Part shown: positions 60,411-64,000 of the stretch, piece by piece
Numbering within the stretch: the stretch's first letter is position 1
How the letters are laid out: the number at the start of each line of letters is the position of its first letter
Source: a candidate division TA06 bacterium 32_111
GTDB taxonomy: Bacteria; Hydrothermota; 32-111
DNA: 64,000 bases
NCBI GenBank assembly: GCA_001508335.1
Contig: LGFX01000003.1
Span: 75,500-139,499, forward strand
Direction: 5' to 3'
The notes under the pieces: model-generated
Seen by the model: the letters and a program-made list of their open reading frames with translations, nothing else
Told to the model about the DNA's origin: nothing
Database searches by the model: none
Position numbers and translations under genes: made by a program

Positions 60411-63400
60411 GTGCCGCAACATTCTTTTATAACCAATGAGGAAACTTTACTATCGGATATCATAAATGATATTTTGCCTACAACGGATGAACTCTATTTT
60501 CTTGTAGGTTATTTTTATTTTTCCGGATATAAAGAGTTGTATGAAAATATTAAGCATAAAACTCTAAAGATTCTTATTGGTATGGATATTGAACCATCTT
60601 TGTATAATGGTTTGAAGGAAGTTTATATTGCTTCATCTATTCAAGATATGGGTGATGAAGATATTAGAGAAAAAGTTTATCAAAACTATGTAGAAATGAT
60701 AAGCAATATAGAAGAGTTTGATAGTAGTGAATTTAAAAAATCTTTTTATCATTTTTTGGATATGGTGAAGAAAGGTTTAATAGAAATAAGAAAGACAAGA
60801 ATTCCAAACCATGCAAAGATGTATATTTTTAGAAAATCAAAAGAACATAATGAAAATGGGAATTACCCTGGAGTTGTAATAACAGGATCAAGTAATTTAA
60901 GTATTTCTGGTTTATCAAACAGAAACGAAATCAATGTTATACTGAGAGATAAACAGGATTATGAAAATGCAAAAAAAATTTTTGATTCTTTGTGGGAAAA
61001 CTCAGTTGAAATTTTGGATAAGAATAACTTAGATATTTTTCATAAAAAAGTTCTATCCAATGTCTGGTTTGAATCACCTCTGAAACCTTTTTTGCTTTAT
61101 TTGAGGGTTTTAAAGGAATATTTTGAAGTTGAAAAACCTGAAGGGTTAAAATATCCTCACGAAATAACAGAAGGTGGATATATTAATTTAGAGTATCAAA
61201 AAGACGCTATAAATAAAGCGATATCAACAATAAAAAAACACAACGGAGTAATAATTGCAGATGTTGTTGGATTAGGTAAAAGTATTATAGCAGCTACCAT
61301 TGCAAACTATTTTCAACTTGAAACGGTTATTATAGCACCCCCGCACTTGATGGCTGAATGGGAAAAATACAGAAAAAAATTTGAAATTAGAGGAGATGTT
61401 TACTCGAGTGGGCTTTTAGACAAAGCCTATGAAGAATATAAAAAGGTAACTAAAGACATGCTTATAATAATAGATGAATCTCATAAATATAGGAATGAAG
61501 CCACTCAAACTTATGGTTATCTTCATAAGTTGTGTTCTGGAAGAAAAGTTATCCTTCTGACAGCAACTCCGTTCAACAATAGAGTAGAGGATATATTTTC
61601 GATGATAAAACTTTTTCAAATACCAGGAAAATCAACTATCCAAACTACTGAAACACTTGCTTTAACATTTAGAAATTTGATTAATGAAGAAAAGCAATTA
61701 ACGAAAAAAAGGAAGAATACTGAACAAATAAATTATGATGAAGAAATTAAGAAAATAGGTAAACAGATAAGAAATATTATTGAACCATTTATTATTAGAA
61801 GAACGAGGATAGACTTAGAAAAAATTCCAAGATATAAAGATGATTTAAAAAACCAAGGATTAAGTTTTTCAGAAGTTGAATCACCAAAACTGATTACTTA
61901 TGATCTTGAGGAATTAACTGAAATTTATGAATGGACGATAGAACAAATTTGTCCTCCTGATTTAAGACCTGAAGAGTATAAGTCAAAAAAGAAAGGACTC
62001 ATAGGTGCGAGGTATAAACCAGTTGATTATTTAAAAAACTATGAAAAATATAAAAAACAAGTTGAGGAAGAATTCGGAAGTTTTGAATTGTTTGCACAGG
62101 GTCAAAGAAATATAGCTTCTTTTATGAGAAGGATGCTTGTTTATAGGTTTGAAAGTTCTATCCCTTCTTTTTTAAAAAGTATTGATAATATGATTAATTC
62201 ATACAATAATATGTTAAAATGGGTTAACAAATTCAATCAAGTTCCAATATATAAAAAAGGATATATACCTGATCCTGATGAAGTTCTAAATGAAGAACTT
62301 GAAGAAAATATTGAAAATGAACTTTTTCCAGAGATTATTTCAAAAGATTTACTTGAAAAAAAGTCTATGGAAAATGTTATCAATGAATTAAAAAATAAAG
62401 GTATATGGTTCATAGATGGGAATGAAATCAGAAAAGAATTTATAGAAGAAATAGAGAGAGATATAAAATTACTTGAAAAGGTTAAAGATAGATGGGTTGA
62501 TGAAAATAAAAACAGTAAATATGAGGATAAAAAATTAAAAGTTATAAAAAAATACTTAGAAGAATTTTTAAAGGAACAACCAGAAAGAAAAATAGTAATA
62601 TTTAGTCAGTTTGCAGATACAGTAGATTATATATATGATGAACTCAAAGATAAATTTAGGATTATAAAATACAACTCATCTCTTAAACAGAAAACATTAA
62701 ATAAAATTTTAAAAAATTTTGATGCTGGTTTGGATGAATGTGAACAGGAAAATGATTATGATATTTTAATATCAACAGATGCAATATCTGAAGGATACAA
62801 CCTGCATAGAGCAGGCATACTTATCAACTATGACATTCCCTACAATCCAACAAAAGTTATTCAGAGATTTGGAAGAATAAATAGAATAAATAAAAAAGTC
62901 TTTGAAAAATTGTATATATACAATTGTTTTCCAACATACATTGGAGAAGAAGAAACAAAAATTAAAGCCATTTCAACCATGAAAATTTCCATTATTCAAG
63001 AACTGTTGGGTTCTGATACAAAAATATTAACAGACGATGAAAAAATACAATCCTTTTTTGTCGAGCAGTTCAAAAATCAGATGGATGAAGAATCAAAAGA
63101 ATCATGGGATACCTATTATTTAGCCTTTCTTGATAGAATAAAAAAAGAGTATCCAGCCATGATAGAAGAGGCGGATAAAATACCTTTAAAAACAAAGATA
63201 AAAAGGAAAAATAATAATAGAAAAGGAATAATTACTTTTGCGAAAAAAGGATATAATTATCTTTTTGTTTTTATTGATCAGAATGGGAATGTTGAATTGT
63301 TAGATGCTAAAAATGGAATAGAGATGTTTAAATGCGAATTAAAAGAGGAAGGTGAAAATGTCTCTGAGTCTTTTGATGAGAAATATAAAATTCTAAAAAA

Positions 63401-63719
63401 GTATATTTCTAATCAAAAAAAGAAGAGAATACTTGATAAAGGTGAACAAAAAACTTTTGAGATTGTTAGATTATTGGAAGAAAAAGTAAAAGATAGGAGC
63501 AACTATTTAAAACTTTTAAGAGAGACGATTGAAGAGTTGAATGGATTACCTGATTATTGTATGAGAGAAATAAATAAAATAGATCTTAATAATGATCTTT
63601 ATTTAGAAGTTGATAAATTAAAAACAAAAATTCCAGAAGATTATCTTAAGAATATAAAGAAAAGAGCTCAAACTATAGATGAGTCTAAAGAAACAATAAT
63701 TTTATCAGAGGAGTTTTAA
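60411..63719 (+). CDS. PLD-family nuclease domain fused to an SF2 (SNF2-like) helicase
   Basis: VGYFYFSG, HAKMYIF...GSSNLS...NEIN; ADVVGLGKS, DESH, LTATP, SEGYNL, QRFGRINR. Confidence 0.9.
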   Translation: MPQHSFITNEETLLSDIINDILPTTDELYFLVGYFYFSGYKELYENIKHKTLKILIGMDIEPSLYNGLKEVYIASSIQDMGDEDIREKVYQNYVEMISNIEEFDSSEFKKSFYHFLDMVKKGLIEIRKTRIPNHAKMYIFRKSKEHNENGNYPGVVITGSSNLSISGLSNRNEINVILRDKQDYENAKKIFDSLWENSVEILDKNNLDIFHKKVLSNVWFESPLKPFLLYLRVLKEYFEVEKPEGLKYPHEITEGGYINLEYQKDAINKAISTIKKHNGVIIADVVGLGKSIIAATIANYFQLETVIIAPPHLMAEWEKYRKKFEIRGDVYSSGLLDKAYEEYKKVTKDMLIIIDESHKYRNEATQTYGYLHKLCSGRKVILLTATPFNNRVEDIFSMIKLFQIPGKSTIQTTETLALTFRNLINEEKQLTKKRKNTEQINYDEEIKKIGKQIRNIIEPFIIRRTRIDLEKIPRYKDDLKNQGLSFSEVESPKLITYDLEELTEIYEWTIEQICPPDLRPEEYKSKKKGLIGARYKPVDYLKNYEKYKKQVEEEFGSFELFAQGQRNIASFMRRMLVYRFESSIPSFLKSIDNMINSYNNMLKWVNKFNQVPIYKKGYIPDPDEVLNEELEENIENELFPEIISKDLLEKKSMENVINELKNKGIWFIDGNEIRKEFIEEIERDIKLLEKVKDRWVDENKNSKYEDKKLKVIKKYLEEFLKEQPERKIVIFSQFADTVDYIYDELKDKFRIIKYNSSLKQKTLNKILKNFDAGLDECEQENDYDILISTDAISEGYNLHRAGILINYDIPYNPTKVIQRFGRINRINKKVFEKLYIYNCFPTYIGEEETKIKAISTMKISIIQELLGSDTKILTDDEKIQSFFVEQFKNQMDEESKESWDTYYLAFLDRIKKEYPAMIEEADKIPLKTKIKRKNNNRKGIITFAKKGYNYLFVFIDQNGNVELLDAKNGIEMFKCELKEEGENVSESFDEKYKILKKYISNQKKKRILDKGEQKTFEIVRLLEEKVKDRSNYLKLLRETIEELNGLPDYCMREINKIDLNNDLYLEVDKLKTKIPEDYLKNIKKRAQTIDESKETIILSEEF

Positions 63720-64000
63720 TGTTGAAAGACACAATTTTTCAAGAAAAATATGATAGAGAGAAATTTTCTTTGTTTTTGAAAGATTTTCTTATTAATTATA
63801 AACAGGAACCAGAAGAAATAGATTTAAAAGAAGGTTTTGACAAAATAAAAAAGTTAACTTTTTTAGGTTATGATAGCAGATTGGATAATCTTCCAGTTTA
63901 TGAAATTCTTCATCAGTCTGAAAAAGATCCAAGAGTCACATTAACAAGAGAGTCTTTTAAGGTTATGAGAAAACTTGGGCGTAAAAATTCTCTGTGTATA
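63719..64000 (+). CDS. N-terminus of a probable Type IIG/Eco57I-like restriction-modification protein (cut by window end)
   Basis: ATG overlaps the helicase TAA; open frame MLKDTIFQEKYDREKF...VYEILHQSEKDPRVTLTRESFKVM; catalytic motifs lie outside the window, so the call rests on recalled family resemblance and context. Confidence 0.55.
   Translation, partial: MLKDTIFQEKYDREKFSLFLKDFLINYKQEPEEIDLKEGFDKIKKLTFLGYDSRLDNLPVYEILHQSEKDPRVTLTRESFKVMRKLGRKNSLCI

Noticed and set aside
60217..60432. 71-aa ORF spanning repeat copy 2
   Set aside because: Low-complexity, crosses the helicase promoter and start, no recognisable domain; at most a decayed element remnant

Overview
Low-GC, gene-dense bacterial chromosome segment that spans the replication origin. 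The evidence is dnaA-oriC-dnaN at about 30.3-33.0 kb, a perfect parS at 37249, parAB, and a switch in predominant gene strand at dnaA. Outer-membrane proteins, secreted peptidases with T9SS-like C-terminal tails, an anaerobe-type oxidative-stress operon and a Na+-type V/A-ATPase suggest an anaerobic, peptide-fermenting diderm, possibly from an FCB-related candidate phylum such as WOR-3/TA06 (inference only). Contents in order: mnmG (partial), groESL, a DtxR-FeoABC operon, an S8 protease-purE-tsaC-tldE-tldD run, an uncharacterised beta-barrel plus Ig-lipoprotein pair, an M28 peptidase, a surface-polysaccharide/uvrC/ABC operon, the origin region, parAB-3xM42-M23-bactofilin, an Ogg-PerR oxidative-stress operon, a complete V-type ATPase operon, and a PLD-SF2 helicase followed by a probable Type IIG methyltransferase (defence locus, cut by the window end). 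Most notable observations: (1) an exact 31-bp GC-rich inverted repeat pair 23.6 kb apart, one copy directly before the defence locus; (2) a recurring 16-nt promoter spacer and several probable leaderless genes; (3) a DnaA-trio-like array in oriC; (4) tandem PerR boxes; (5) UvrC without its HhH domain; (6) an apparent intragenic segment swap in a beta-helix protein. No rRNA, tRNA or CRISPR array was seen. All calls are from motif reading by eye; no database searches were run.
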